Position numbers and translations under genes: made by a program. DNA of 62,028 nucleotides, filler included, from Choristocarpus tenellus KU-1152 (lineage: Eukaryota; Protista; Phaeophyceae), in NCBI GenBank assembly GCA_964200185.2. It is 11 parts of 11 records of this genome, joined end to end, with 100 filler letters (N's around TTAATTAATTAA, not from the genome) between each part and the next. Parts side by side here need not be neighbours in the genome. Positions count along the whole stretch, not along the records: positions 9,092 to 20,912 come from CAXNAD020002122.1; positions 21,013 to 25,751 come from CAXNAD020013259.1; 9 more parts are not named here. One strand, written 5' to 3'. A model generated the notes under the pieces. It searched no databases, was not told where the DNA came from, and was given only the letters and a program-made list of their open reading frames with translations. This document shows positions 11,525 to 25,200 of the stretch, piece after piece. The stretch's first letter is position 1. Each line of letters starts with the position of its first letter.

Positions 11525-13403
11525 TCTCCGTGTACCAACACTTGTACAATACGTAGTTGATCATCACATCGCACTCGTACTCCTCACCTCTTGTGAGTCT
11601 CACCATGGTCCGCTGGGCCTCCTTCAGTATGCACACCCTCCAGATCCCAATCTTACCGTCAAAGTTACGGGATGGATCCGGGGACGAAACAGCGGAGATG
11701 AACATGCTCTTGTGCTGAACCTTGGTCAACCCCACCTCTTCTTCTCCAGCGAACATTCGGACCTTCGGCCTCCCACAGATGAGGTAGAATCATGTTTCAT
11801 TGACGTGGACGATGTTGCCACAGGTCCTATACGTCTTCCGGTCCCAGTCAACTTGATCCAGGCAGAAGTCTAACCATTCTTTCCGCTTAGCTTTGCGGTA
11901 ACTCGTCGAAGTTCCATTCTTGCGTCCAGCTCTTGCAGCCAGCAGAAGAGTGTTGTGGAACCCTCGCTGAGACCAATCCTATCAAGCTTGATGGAGAGCT
12001 GTTGCAGTGTTGAGGTACGGTTCTCCACGTTGATTTCCCGTATCTTCGCAATCTTCGACAGGGTGAAGTTCGAGGGCTGACCTGATCTTATTCTTTTCAT
12101 CAGGCCGAGTATGTGCCCTTCAGCAACCTGTTCAGTGACCCGTTTCCAGAGGTGCCCGGGATAGTTCTTACTGACCTTAAACTCGTCCACCAGAGCACTG
12201 CCTACACCTTTTGGTAGGCACTTTGCCCCCGGAGGTCCATGCGTGCCTCACAACGAGGACATAGCACCCGCCCTCACTCCGTTGGCATCCCGTTTTGCAC
12301 ATTGCGTGTGGGGCTCTCTGCACGACCTGATGGACTCTGCACGTCACCTGTGGGACTCCCAGGCTCACTACTAGCACCTCCGAGACTTGCCATATCTGTT
12401 CTAGGGTACTCGTTGTTGTTTGAGGTGGTGGGGGTGGTAGTTTGCGCCTTCGAGAGCTAGTAATTTCCACCTGAAAAGACTCGAAAATATCCGGTTTTCG
12501 GTTCTACTTTTCAGAACTGTTCCACAATCAATTTTTAAAGGTTAAGGCATGGGCACGTATTAGAAAACTTTGTCTTTCACATTAGCTGCTGTTTATGTTC
12601 CGAATCGTTCTATGTCTCGAGATATATGGCTCTGACCATAATCCCGCAACCTTACGGAACATAGGGAGTATGTATAAAATGGATATTAATGTAATCATGA
12701 TGATCCCCAGAACACTTCAGAAGGTTGGTTGTGTGTGCTATTAATTCGTTGTTCAGAATGAAGTGGACTTCACTTGTTCGTGAGGGCGATCTGTACATTA
12801 ACTACTTGGTCATCAACTATCCACCTTTCTTTCAACCAATAATTCTCACTCGTTGCCTTCTCCCGAAAAGGAAAAAATTAATAATATTTCTTCCTATGTC
12901 TCACCTCTTGTACATACTTCACAACAAGTGCGATATAATAATCGTCAACAGCACAAATCACAAAACCCTTTTGACACACTTCCCTACTCTTGATAACTGG
13001 TGCAATACCAGTAATCACTATCACTGATCATGACCATTCATCATCACACAAAGGGTCAATAGCACAAATCGCAAACCACTCTTTATCAACAGAATACCCC
13101 CCCCACACTTGGAGCTTTTTGTCCTTCGTCCTCTTTTTATACTGAATAAACATTTAAAAATATATATTAAAATATTACTTGAACTATTCTTATTTCTTAC
13201 GTATCCCTTTCTGTCTCCTTCCGCCTACTACTTTGAGTCTTTCAGGTCTGTTCAGATCAGACCATCAAATAACTGTAACGCGTGTGTGGTGAAAAATGTA
13301 TCCCAGATATCTTGTACATAAAGGTGTAAATAACGATTCTAAAGATTAAATTCGAATCTGATGAAAAGAATAACACAAGGTTATGGTTGTCAAAAAAATT
13401 CAC

Positions 13404-16400
13404 CTGATCTTCCAGTCTCTGCCTGGCACGTCTCTCATCACCAGCTAGTTGCATCGCTCTTGACAGCTCCGTCTCTGTCTATATCCATGTATACATATAT
13501 ATATATATTTACATGAATGTAGGTATAATCAATACACATACATTCACACAAAACAAATATGTTGTGAGAACACATCTGTCCTGGGGTAAAAGGTATACAC
13601 AGTTTTTTCATTCAATCAAGACAACCTTTTGGATATTTTAACAGGGGGGATATGAGATACAGAACGAAAGACAAAAACAAAACCAGCATCCTCCCCAAGA
13701 GAGTCTATACCATTGCCACAACAAAAGCATCGAGCCTCCATCAAGCCATGAATAGGCAATAAAAAAGACTGAGTATAGTTGTGACGTACAAAAAACGCGT
13801 TTATATCTAAAAATATATACACAAAATTCCTGCATAAATATTGCAAGTGAAAAAAATATCATAGGTCTTGCAAATATTACGAGCAACAATAGTAGTAATA
13901 ATAATAATTTTGGTATGATAGATGTGAATGTTAAGTGGTTTATGAAAAAACCCAGCCTAGCATACATAGGTTTCTACTCTACATACCAATTTTTACAGAT
14001 ACATCCGAGGTCATATCTTGGTCTATTTTTAAAGGAGATTCCATTTCACTCAGTTAAAATGGCACAATTGGTTCGGGTTGTAAGGCTCAAGTTAGGTTCA
14101 ATAAACGATATCAGCTTTTGCATAAGAATGAAAATAAAGGGATATGGGGTTAGGTTTATCAGCACATACCTCCATTAGAGGTAAGAAAAAGATTGTTTTC
14201 AAGGTAAAGAAAAAGAGAACTGTAATTTTTAGTTTGGGTTTTGAAACCAGTAGTTGAAGAAAAGTAAACAAATATTGACAGGAGGGTTAGGGTTAGAGGT
14301 TGACTTTTTTCAAGTTTCGTTTCAGTATCTGAACAAAATTAAGAAGAAAAACTGCATGATGCATTATGATGAGTATTTTAGAAGATAAATATTAAGCTTT
14401 AGTATCTGAATTGGTAAAATGACATTGTGGTTAGACTTAAGGGTGAAGTTGAACAAAAGATAGAAAGTAAATAAATAAGATATTGACTCACCGAAACTTT
14501 AGTCTTGACCTCTTTTTCCTCAAGTTGATGTACAAGTCTTTGAAGGGCCCCCACCTGTGCAAAATAAAAAAAATGAACAAAAAAGATTACAAAAACTAAA
14601 AATAACCTACCACAGTAGAACCCCAAAACAAAACAAACGCACTCTTGCAAAAAGACAAACAACTGCATATAATTATTTTTTGCTATCTTGCTATGTAGTA
14701 CAACAGCAACACTGAGGAACAGTCCCAGAACACTGCATGATATCATCATCTCGTTAGATAGTACAACAGAAACACTGAGGAGCAGTCCCAGAACACTACA
14801 TGATATCATCATCTCGTTAGATAGTACAACAGAAACACTGAGGAACAGTCCCAGAACACTACATGATATCATCATCTCGTTAGATAGTACAACAGCAACA
14901 CTGAGGAACAGTCCCGGAACAGCATGATTAGAACACAGGAGACTCAGGACAGTAAAAAAAAATGACCACCTAATATCAGGGACAAGCAGTGTAGAACTGG
15001 TCAACTGCTGGCGCAAGACAGAACCCATGTGATGGCTTCAGAGATGTGTGTACTTGGCTCGAGCACATGGACAATATGGAGAGCCAGTACCCATCATGTT
15101 ATAACATGGGGTGTGACATGGCGAGTAGATGCATGATGATGAGGAGGGACACTAACGGTGATGAGAAATTGCCGGTTAGAGCCGGCCCAATCCGTGGTGT
15201 CTCAGACTTACATAATAAAGATTAGTATCCTTGCCCTCACCCTATTCTCAGAGTAAACAAAAGAATGTAAGTGTACTTGTATAGAGCTAGCTCTTCTGCA
15301 GGATACACAAATACAGAATAGTGTGACCACGAGCTAGGTCGTATCAAGGCAACATGACAGAAACGGAACACAACGAGACACAATGGGAAACAATGGGAAG
15401 GCTGAAAAAGGCATGCTACAGACAGCATCTTGAACTTCATTCTACGCATTCCACTCCAGTGATAATAATAGAAAAGATTAATAGTACACGTTGAAGTAGT
15501 ACATGGTACCAAAATAAATAGAATGCCATCAACCAAAGGCCTAGCCTGTTTTAATATCATCTTAGATTCGTACAGTCTGTAACACCTGCAAAATATTTAT
15601 TTTTTTGAATATTCGGGGTGTTATAAAAATATGTGGTAATATACGAATGATACTAACCAAACGCTCAGTAAAATACTGAAAAAAAACTCTTAGCAGTAGT
15701 CGTGTAGCATGCATGTAATATATATATATACTCATTAAAGCCACATGACTGCATCCATTATATACCCAAAACGAAACGAACCTTTCTTTCACTAAATTCA
15801 TTTTAATTTTTTGTATTTCGTATGCTGTAAGGAGCACGCTTCATGCCGTACTAATCACAAGTCACACACACTCAACATGCAAGGTAAGAAAAGAACAGAG
15901 ACGGCAAGTAAACCAAAACCTCACCTCCCTCCGCTCCACGGCCAGATCACTCTTCAGGGACCATTTTTGCTCTTCTGACCTCTCAAGCCTCTTCAAGCAC
16001 CCCTCGCGCTCCTCCAGGGCAGCACGCCTCCCCCCATACTTCACCTTTATTTTTATGAGGTAATAAAATAAAATAAACAAAGCAATGGCCTTAGTACAGA
16101 GCACCACAAGTCGAATTGCACCAAGGTCCATGTAGATAACAATGGAATAAAGCATGTAGTGACAACTATTAAAATTTAGATGCCATCAATTTATCATTTT
16201 TCCAGCCATCCACCCGTCCATACGTTTATCCATTGATCTGACCATCCATCCAACCATCCAACCGACCGACCGACCACCAAGCAACCACGTACACTGATGC
16301 CCTTTACTTCACAGAGATACACACATATACTGATAACAACCTCTATGAATAAAATAAAAATAAACCATGGGCACACGTGTGCATGTGGTTCTGAAAACAT

Positions 16401-17527
16401 GATACTAGTGCATCACACAGCATATGAGCACCTCCTCTTGAAGGCGTGCCAGCAATCTCTCTGCATTCCTGAGCCTCTCGAGCTCCCCCTCGCAGCGATC
16501 TTTGAGCTTCTTAAGAGACTCCTACTTCGTAACACACAGAAGGCATTGTCAGGGTCACTGATAGGGTTAAGGTTAAGGTCAGAGTTAGGGTTAGGGTTAG
16601 GGTTAGGATTAGAGATCACGCTCCCCTGTACACACGGGCAAATCCTCTATTTTTAAAATATCAGGAAGATTAGATTATGCCATCAGGATTTGGGTTGAGC
16701 AGGCTGGTGTTTCTTTAGTAAGGTTGAAGGGCATGGTAACTAGAGCCTACAAAAAACAAAGTTGAACCCTCTGTAGCATGCTATGGTTGAACACAACCTC
16801 CAATCCATCATCCCCCTTCTTTTCAAAGATGCCTACCCTACCGCAAAAACTTCTATAGGATAACTTGACGACTTGGGTACAACGTAACACAACACAACAC
16901 AACACAATACAACACAGGAAACACAAAATACAACCCAATCAAGCCCAGAATCCAACACAGAGTAGCGTAAAAGAGAAAAGCACCATCCTTTCATCCAATA
17001 CAATGGATCGCAACAACTCAAAACCAACACAACCCCAACACAAATCTCAACACAACACACAACACAATGCAATTGCACATGGTATATAATCAACCATGTT
17101 CTCAAGCTACTGATCACAACCTGGCAACAACATAATACTACAAAACACTACACTATAAAACACCACAACACACAATGCGCAAGGCTCAAAGTATCTAGGG
17201 GGGGGTGGCGGCTGTCCATTTGGGGTGAATCTTTTCATGTCGCGATTTTTGGGTGATTTGTTGCATATGTCGGATGGATATTGTAAATGCACATTTCCTG
17301 ATTTTGGTCCAAATGGACACCCTAGTGTAGATCCCCCCCCCTCCCCCAGATACATTGGGTTTGACACATAACACACAACACACTACACCTACCGCCGCCT
17401 CATCTCTTGCCCTCGAAACCTCAACTGCTACCCAGTCCTTCAGTCGGTCCACCCCGGCCAGACGCCGCATAACACGTGAGAGAGCACGGTCCACCTTGGA
17501 CTGTCGTAATGGCACTGGTACCACCGT
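13404..17527 (-). CDS. Spliced coiled-coil protein, partial; exons 17527-17389, 16832-16768, 16521-16432, 16044-15925, 14554-14492, 13478-13404
   Basis: Six AG/GT-bounded exons with compatible phases giving TVVPVPLRQ..DEAAVG/IFEKK..MLQR/ESLKKLKDRCEGELERL..QEE/VKYGGRRAALEERE..RRE/VGALQRLVHQLEEKE..VS/TETELSRAMQLAGDERRARQRLEDQ. Confidence 0.7.
14696..14921. repeat. Intronic minisatellite, 63-bp unit, about 3.5 copies
   Basis: Unit agtacaacagaaacactgaggaacagtcccagaacactacatgatatcatcatctcgttagat. Confidence 0.95.
16562..16607 (+). repeat. Interstitial telomere-like (TTAGGG)n, partly degenerate
   Basis: tagggttaaggttaaggtcagagttagggttagggttagggttagg. Confidence 0.8.
17183..17361 (+). mobile_element. 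MITE family B (about 180 bp), intronic
   Basis: GGCTCAAAGTATCTAGGGGG...CCCCCAGATACATTGGGTT; internal inverted GTCCATTTGG/CCAAATGGAC. Confidence 0.9.
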
Positions 17528-17702
17528 CTGACCATAAAGATCAACAACACATCGAGAAGGGAAAAAAATGTGAGAAATGCAAACAGGAGGGTGAAACAAA
17601 GTACGGCGGAGTCCATGGGCCTCTCGTACAATCACAACAAAAAAATATACTCCCTCTGTTTGGGTTGATTCAACGCCTATGTTTTGGGGCACACAGTTTC
17701 CG

Positions 17703-17876
17703 GGCTCAAAGTATCTTGGGGGGGGTGGCGGCTGTCCATTTGGGGTGAATCTTTTCATGTCGCGATTTTTGGGTGATTTGTTGCATACGTCGGATGGATA
17801 ATGTAAATACAATTTTCCTGATTTTGGTCCAAATGGACAGTGTAGTTCCCCACCCCTCCCCCAGATACTTTGGGTC
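17703..17876 (+). mobile_element. MITE family B inside the mariner 5' region
   Basis: tccg|GGCTCAAAGTATC...AGATACTTTGGGTC|tcca (4-bp TSD with one mismatch). Confidence 0.9.
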
Positions 17877-17884
17877 TCCAGCTT

Positions 17885-18142
17885 GAGTGAAAGTATCTTA
17901 GAGGGTACGAGTTTTGCCCTGTTTGTCCGTTTGGGGCTTGGGTTCACAAGGGTTTCTTATGATATTTTCCTACTCCGAAATGGGTCAGAGGGGGTAAAAT
18001 GTGTACGTAATGAAAACGTGTGTCTGGAACAAGGATACTGATACTTCCTAATAAATACCATAGCCAAAATTACATCAAAATCACAACATTGGATTTTGGC
18101 CACCAAATAGACACGGCTCTACCCTCTAAGGTACTTTGACTC
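17885..18142 (+). mobile_element. MITE family A, 4-bp TSD GCTT
   Basis: gctt|GAGTGAAAGTATC...GGTACTTTGACTC|gctt. Confidence 0.92.
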
Positions 18143-19642
18143 GCTTGCGTGTCCTAAATTATTGTTCGGTGATACACATGTTAATGCACAAAACATGAGG
18201 TTTCAAACAAGCCCCTAAGCAACGTCTGAGGGTTTGCCGTTCTCGAGGATGGTGCTGATGAAGGTAGAGCACCTTGGTGCAGGGTGTGAAAATTGGAACT
18301 GAAACCATGAAATCGTGCAGTTACGATTGGTTGCCTTCCTATTGAGAAGGGTGATTGCAACACACCAGAACTTCAAATTCTCAAGATCGACTGAACCAAT
18401 CAAAACCATACTTTGCAAGATCGGAAAGGCAAAAGACATCCCCATGTACAAGCGGCAAACTGTCGTCAGAGAGTATGTTCGGCTGCACAAGATCTGTGGT
18501 AGGGTCCAATGAGGCGCCCGATCGCAAATTGCACAAAAGTACAGAATGGCCACAACAATATTGGCTCAGTTGGTGAGGGTGGCATCACGGAGCTGCAATA
18601 ATGAGGAGGACATGGGTTCAGCCCCTGGTTGCAATGGACAACCAAAAACCATTCTGCAAGACTATATTGATGCAATTAAAGCAGTCCATATGTTGTAAGG
18701 GTTAGGGTTTAGGTGATGAGCTTCGAAGGCCAAAGCAGCCCTAGGTAAGACAAGGAGGTACATCAAGGAGACGGGGGTCAAACCATATTGAAGAGTCATC
18801 AAGCCCTTCCTCTCCAACCAATACAAGGTGGATAGGGTGGGCTTTGTCATGAGCAGCATCCTGGAAAAGGGTACAGGGCACGTGTTTGAGCCCATGTTTG
18901 ACCTGGTTTCCAAATGGCAGAGGGTTTACACCAAGTCTGCGGAGGCACCACCTGAGTGTCCTCATGTCACAAGCAAGTCACACATTCCAAAAGTAATGTT
19001 TCTGACTGCAAACACACGCCCCGGTATATTGGAGGATGGAACTTGGTGGGACAGAAAGATCGGCACTTGACCACTGACAGAGCGAGTTGCAGCAAGACGA
19101 TCATCCTGTAATCATGTCCAAGGTACCATCGAGACAAAGCCGGTCATCATCACTGGTAAGCTTTGTGAGAAAATGCTCACAGAGAAGGTCTTGCTGGCTT
19201 TAGTGACTCACCCATGCCCGATAAAGCAGGATATTGTTTTCCTTCAGGATGACAATGCAAGGCCACGTACAGCATCTGCCAAGAAAGCAGTGGATGATCG
19301 GGTCGCTGCTAGAGGCTTCATAATATGTGTGCTCAAGCAACCTGCCTAGTCGCTGCATTTGAAGACTCTGGACCTCAGATTCTTCCGCTCTCTGCAGACC
19401 AATGCATGGTGCCTTCAGTCGGACAACAATGAGGAACTGGTACAAAATGTGGTGAAGAGATACAAAGAGTATGATACTGAGACCCATAACAAGGTCTGGT
19501 AGAGTCTCTTCTCACAGTACAAGGCTGCGTTGAACCACTTAGGCGATAACAACATGAAGGAAGTGCGCAAGACGCTGAAGGATAGGCAGATAGTTGTGCA
19601 CATAGATGTGTCTTTGGTGGCCAAGGGACTGGCTTCCCTGCA

Positions 19643-19909
19643 GTGTGAAAGTATCTTAGAGGGTAAGAGTTTTGTCCTGTTTGTCCTGTTTGTCCGTTTC
19701 GGGCTTGGCTTCCCATGGGAATATTATGACATTTTACCTACTCTGAAACATTCAGAGTAGGTAAAATATATACATCATGAACAGGTGTGTCCAGAACAAG
19801 GATATTACCACTTCCTAACAAACATGATAGCCAAAATTACATCAAAATCACAACATTGGATTTTGTTCCCCAAATGGATGCAGCTCTACCCTCTAAGACA
19901 CTTTGATTC
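19643..19909 (+). mobile_element. MITE family A, 4-bp TSD TGCA
   Basis: tgca|GTGTGAAAGTATC...GACACTTTGATTC|tgca. Confidence 0.92.
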
Positions 19910-21012
19910 TGCAGGCTGAGGGGAAGACCATAGAGCTTGGGATGTACTGATTTGTTTTCCACTAGACTTTAAACAGAGCTTAATGACAATTTATACAAAC
20001 TTACCCTATGTTCTCAGATCTTCATTATCCCAGAGTGTGGCATAAAAACCTTCCAAACTCATAGGTGTTTAATCAACCCAAACATAGGGAACACTTGGGA
20101 GGCAGACAGGAGTAATATAAGTAAAAAATAAGAGGCACTGAACTGTTTGGAGCAACACAAATACATCTCAACGATTCACCAATCGATCGATGGCATATAC
20201 CTGTATTGTTGATGGCATATTCTTGTATTATTGATGTACTAGACAAACCCATGAGACCAGACTACCTCACACTCATTCAGACCAATCACATACACTACAA
20301 AAATATCACACCAAATTTCGATTCAGAGTCAGGGGTACACAGGAAACACTGTGGTGAGGGTCGTGTCCTGATCCATTCATCCCTTCCTACTGCCCCAGCC
20401 CCACCACTTCCTTCTGATCTACCTCTTCAAGTGACTCAACTCCATCTCTCGTACGATGAAGACTCAACTACACTCACACACAAACACGCATTCATACATG
20501 CACTCCAGAGCAAACGTAGCACTCAAAAGATTTTTATATTGTTTGAATGCATTATGTATGTATGTATGTATGTATGTATGTATGTATTATGTATATATAT
20601 GGTGTGTTTAAGATGCATAGGTCTAGACTTGAAACAACAAAAATAAATGTAGAAAATCCGAGATTTCCGCTAATGAAATATATAGAGGGATCAGATGATC
20701 GGTATCCTATAACATCAGGTATTATACTGTCAGAAATAATAAAATCAATAATATAAATGTATATACATCAAGAAGGAGCCTGTCAGATTTTTGATATGCT
20801 TCCCTAGCTCCTCATCCAATTGTGTAGGGCTAAGCTAGATTGGAGGCATATCAGCAGTATGCACATAGCGTTGTAGTTACCAAGCTTTAAGGGAGTGCTT
20901 GTAGTATAGCTGNNNNNNNNNNNNNNNNNNNNNNNNNNNNNNNNNNNNNNNNNNNNTTAATTAATTAANNNNNNNNNNNNNNNNNNNNNNNNNNNNNNNN
21001 NNNNNNNNNNNN

Positions 21013-21032
21013 CCCCCCAGATACTTTGGACC
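21013..21032. mobile_element. MITE family B terminus at contig start
   Basis: CCCCCCAGATACTTTGGACC. Confidence 0.7.
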
Positions 21033-22237
21033 AAAGGGCAGGTGAGAAGCTCTCAAAAACATTTAGTGAGGACGTGGCGCAACAAGCGCTGGAATGGTTG
21101 AATTGAACCCAACGCACAAGAAGGAATCGGTGCACACATGGTGCAGCACAGTTAGTCACAATGCAGCAGTTAAGTGGTCGTAGTTAATGAGAACTACATG
21201 GTGTAGGATGACAATGGGTTGGGACTAGGTAGTGTCTAGTTGGAAGTTCCTAGTCCCAGACTTCAGTGAGAGAGGAGCATGACACAAAATAACTGCTTCA
21301 TGTTTCGTGCACACAACAGTTCGTAGGATGATTGATTGGACAAAGGGATGATGATGTACAGTGGTTCTTTGAAGCAGTGTAGTTCGTTATTTAAAATGGG
21401 TTTCTTGCAGAGTTATCATCTTCTGGTGTGGCGAGTAAATAATTAATGTGTACCTCAACCGCAGTCGTTTCTCATTCCGAAAGCAACCAAGCTGCTGTCC
21501 CTCCCCACTGTTTTCTCAACTTGTTCTTTCATCCAACCTACAATGGGTATAGATCAATGGCCATTTTTTGTTCAGTTCACAATTCCTATGTATGCATACA
21601 TCATGATGCATGTGTGTGGGGCAGGAATGCAACCGGTCGCATATTGTGTACAAAAGAATCGCACCATATATTTCACACATCAGGTATACAACACGTGCAA
21701 GGCAGTATCCTACGCCTCGGAGCGAAAAAATAAATAAATATATATATACATGTATATATTTGCACCTCCATCCCTTCCCCACCTTTCAATGCGCTACAAG
21801 GATTCTTGCTTGATTTCTCTGGTGCATTTTTTCCAGACATTGGCCAGGGTGGAGTGAGGAAATAAAGCACACAATGCTTCCACTGTACCCCCCAAAACCT
21901 CACGTACATAAGTGGTACTTTTGATCGAACAGCTGCACAGTAACTACCCAACAATACATTGAGCTCACCCTCATTCACCTTGGGTGGGTGGTGCACTCAG
22001 ATTCCACTTCAAAAACGAACGATGACATCCACCTCTCTTGATCTTCACTACTATTTTGTTGTGCTCCAGACTAATATTAGTCACTCCTCTTTTAGTTCAT
22101 GTGTGTGTTATGCACTATGCAGCATGTGATGATCAGGAAAAAAGACTCACAGCCCTTCTGTTCACCTCGATATAAAACTGTGATGTGCCGGCCTCTGTCT
22201 TCTTGAGAGGTTGAATTACTCATCAAGTGAGTTTCCG

Positions 22238-25200
22238 TCACTGGATATCAATCACACGACCGCTTGTCATATCTGGAGTGGGGGTCTTTGACACAAGTTG
22301 GGCAGTGCGTTGGACAATTGACAGCAAGGGGTGCCATGATTGTGGGGCGTAAAGGGTTAAAAGGACAGAGTAAAGCTGGTGAGGTTTCAGTTGACATAGC
22401 ATAGAAATAGGGCAACTTCAATTGTTTGTATTGTACGAAATCTCACCAACCGCTGCCCAGAAAAAGTGGCGGTACCTTGAAGATGTACGTAATCATATCT
22501 TCAACCGGATAGATATATTATCATACTCTGTAGGTGTTCACACTTCAAAGTGTACCAGGCACACATAACATACATGCGTTCTTGGTGACATACCTTCACG
22601 ACTGTGTACAGCAAAGCAGTCATCAGAAATACACTGAAGTACCCACTTCGCGTACAAAAAAAGCCTGTATTCTTGTACAAAATCGAAAATGTCACACAAT
22701 TTGCGTTAATCCATTCTTTGGGGTGTGGACAAAACCACGGCAATTTGTATGTAGGGTAAAAAAGATAAACGTGGTTGATAGAGGATTTTTTTTTGCTAGT
22801 AACATATATCTCCCTTTTGTACTGCATAGCATTTGTGCTGATATTTTGATGATTCTTTTTTCCTTCCAGTGCAAAAGAAGAAAGACCAGAGTTTGGACCC
22901 TTTTTGTATCCCAAGCCGTCATTCTTAATCTGTGCAATTATACTCTGTTCCATTGCTCTATATGCACAGTAGTGTAAAACAAAATTGATATTCCCTCCTT
23001 AAACGCCCAAGGTGACACCACATTTCAGCAAAGAAGGCTCTTCCTACAATCGTACAAGATGGCATAATTATTACCGTTTCTCGGGATCCTTAAAGTGAAC
23101 TCTGCCTACCTCTCAGATGACTCGACTCCCAGCGCAGGTCAATCCAACAAGAGCACGGCAACGATAACAAGACAGCACTTTAGGTATTAGATTCAGAGGA
23201 TGTGGCCTGACAGATACATCCAGGTCTACCATTACTCTCCTGATCTTCCAAGAATATTGCTAACTGAGGATCACAAAACCTGCATATCACTTCAGAGAAA
23301 ACAATACCAAGATATGGTGGGATACATAGTGGGTCTATTTATCTACTCTAGAGTATTCTGGAGGTTTGGAACCTGCTGTCGGATGCACACAGGCTTAGAG
23401 CTGTACTGCATGAAGTGTGGCAACGACGACCAGTAGGTAACTCACCTTCTTCTCCATGTTGATAGTCAGTACCCCATCCTTGTACACAGCCTTGAGAGAT
23501 TTTTCATCAGCGGTGTCTGGGATGCGCAGGCTCCTTAAATAACATTGTGCAATCATGGGGTTGCACGAAAAAACGAAAAAACGAAAAAACGATAGAGCAA
23601 GCAGTTCGATGAAAATAACTATGTACAGTACATATATTAATCTATTGCTGGCACGCTAGGGGAACATGGTGTGCCTATTTGTACGTGGATTGACCAAGTA
23701 AGAGTAGGCGTTTGTGCTCAGAATTCCGTTGAACGCTGAGACGGCTTCCTCCTTTATGACAGTTGAGATAGACTGGTAGGCATGCCCTAGAAGATTGTCG
23801 ATGCATAACACTTTATATTATTAGTATCTCATTTGTCCACACGGCCGCCCTTTCTGCAATGGTCTCTAGTAGGACTGAATTGCTTGGTCAAGATTGAAAG
23901 TGAGTTGGTAGGGTTCCCTCTACAAATACTCCCACTGACAGTCGTCTAGAACAACCCTACTTCCACACATTCCAGACGTCTCGATCTTACTAGATCCTTC
24001 CAAATGACGGGTCTAGAAAACTAGACTGTTTTCAAATGTTCTCGGGAACATTGGAAATACAACTTCTGGAAAGTAACCGTTTCATGTGAAACTCCTACTC
24101 TATTTCAGACCGTATCTGATGCTTCCATTATCTTCAGCAATAGAAACCATGCGTCCGCTACTGTTACAAACCCTATAGGTCTGTAGAGCGCCAAATACGA
24201 ACAGTTTCTACTCCACACACATATCTTTGTACTATCACACACGCAAGTCCTTGCTTTCGGTTACCTCGACCGTATCCGACCCCATTGACCACCCTCAAAC
24301 CGACAAGTAAGTCCCAGGGATGCGGCACATACTGTAGAAGGCCGTGTTTCGGCTAGGAGTGTAACCACAAGTTTTGATCGGGATGGATGTTGTACACTGG
24401 CAATAGTGGGCAAAACGTATTTTTCGAATTCGAAAGCTAACTCTGTAGTGTGATATGTTTCAAGTATTGACGACCACCTGAAGTCGTCCAACAATAATCT
24501 CATTGAGAGGTCGTTATATCAAGTCACGTCAAGGATTGCACTCACAGAATCTTTGTTTGGTAGTCACTGCAGGCCTCTCAAACGGATCAAACCTCACCAA
24601 CAACTACTCCATGCACTTTACGTTAATCCTCTCCGTCAGTTCCAAAAATATCTACCTATAAGTTATACTTTGAAGTAATTTCACTACTATTAAAGTCACT
24701 ACCAGTGATACTTCGTAGAACTCACTCAAAACTATTTATTTCTAGACGGTGAACTAAGTTGTTTTACTTACCTACTGATGCTGCCATACCCCCGCTCCAT
24801 CACATGGAAGGTCTCTTCCTTGTTCTTCTCATCCCTGCCTCATCGGTTTCAGTATGCACAAAAGGAGCATAGGTGAGGGGTGGGGAGAGATCGCACAAAC
24901 AGATATTCTTGAGGTGAAGACCCTAGCAGCACATTTATGGGAGCGGAAGGAAGTTCGCTAGTTGTCCCCATGGTTTGCAAGGTCTGGTGATCTGTGCCAT
25001 GCTGTTGCCCAGTATTTATTGGCACAGAGTACTACACACTATAGACAGTTATTGCTACCGTGTCCCTGTCATGGGACCAAAAAAACACAACACTGATGCA
25101 ACACACATTTCAGCCATGCACCTTTTGCTAGTTGGAATCTGACATGCCCTGCAGCACAGTTATTCCAACTCAGCATTCCATGACTCGGAAAACATAAACA

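Larger units (their letters stand above)
10390..12668 (-). mobile_element. DD39D-type mariner relic; transposase pseudogene at about 10765-12400
   Basis: KVQHKSMFISAVSSPD..FDGKIGIW, VQKESAMTHTG, QPAQLPDLNVDDLGF, YDSEMLERLWQS..GGND; 5' terminus TA|CTCCCTATGTTCCG at 12668; 3' boundary approximate. Confidence 0.85.
17650..20091 (+). mobile_element. Full-length DD39D mariner relic carrying three nested MITEs
   Basis: 32-bp TIRs 17650-17681 / 20060-20091 (28/32 identical), TA on the left; SKSHIPKVMFL..WDRKIG; catalytic D codon at 19251 and D codon at 19371 are separated by exactly 39 codons; several stops. Confidence 0.92.

Noticed and set aside
14399-15028. 209-aa hydrophobic repeat ORF, or a CRISPR-like array
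   Set aside because: Caused by a 63-bp minisatellite (a multiple of 3) with no unique spacers, inside an intron; only 14554-14492 is a plausible exon
17195-17947. 250-aa ORF with a duplicated peptide
   Set aside because: Read-through of MITE-A, two MITE-B copies and one real exon
22345-22359. piggyBac-like end AAAGGGTTAA
   Set aside because: No matching opposite terminus found
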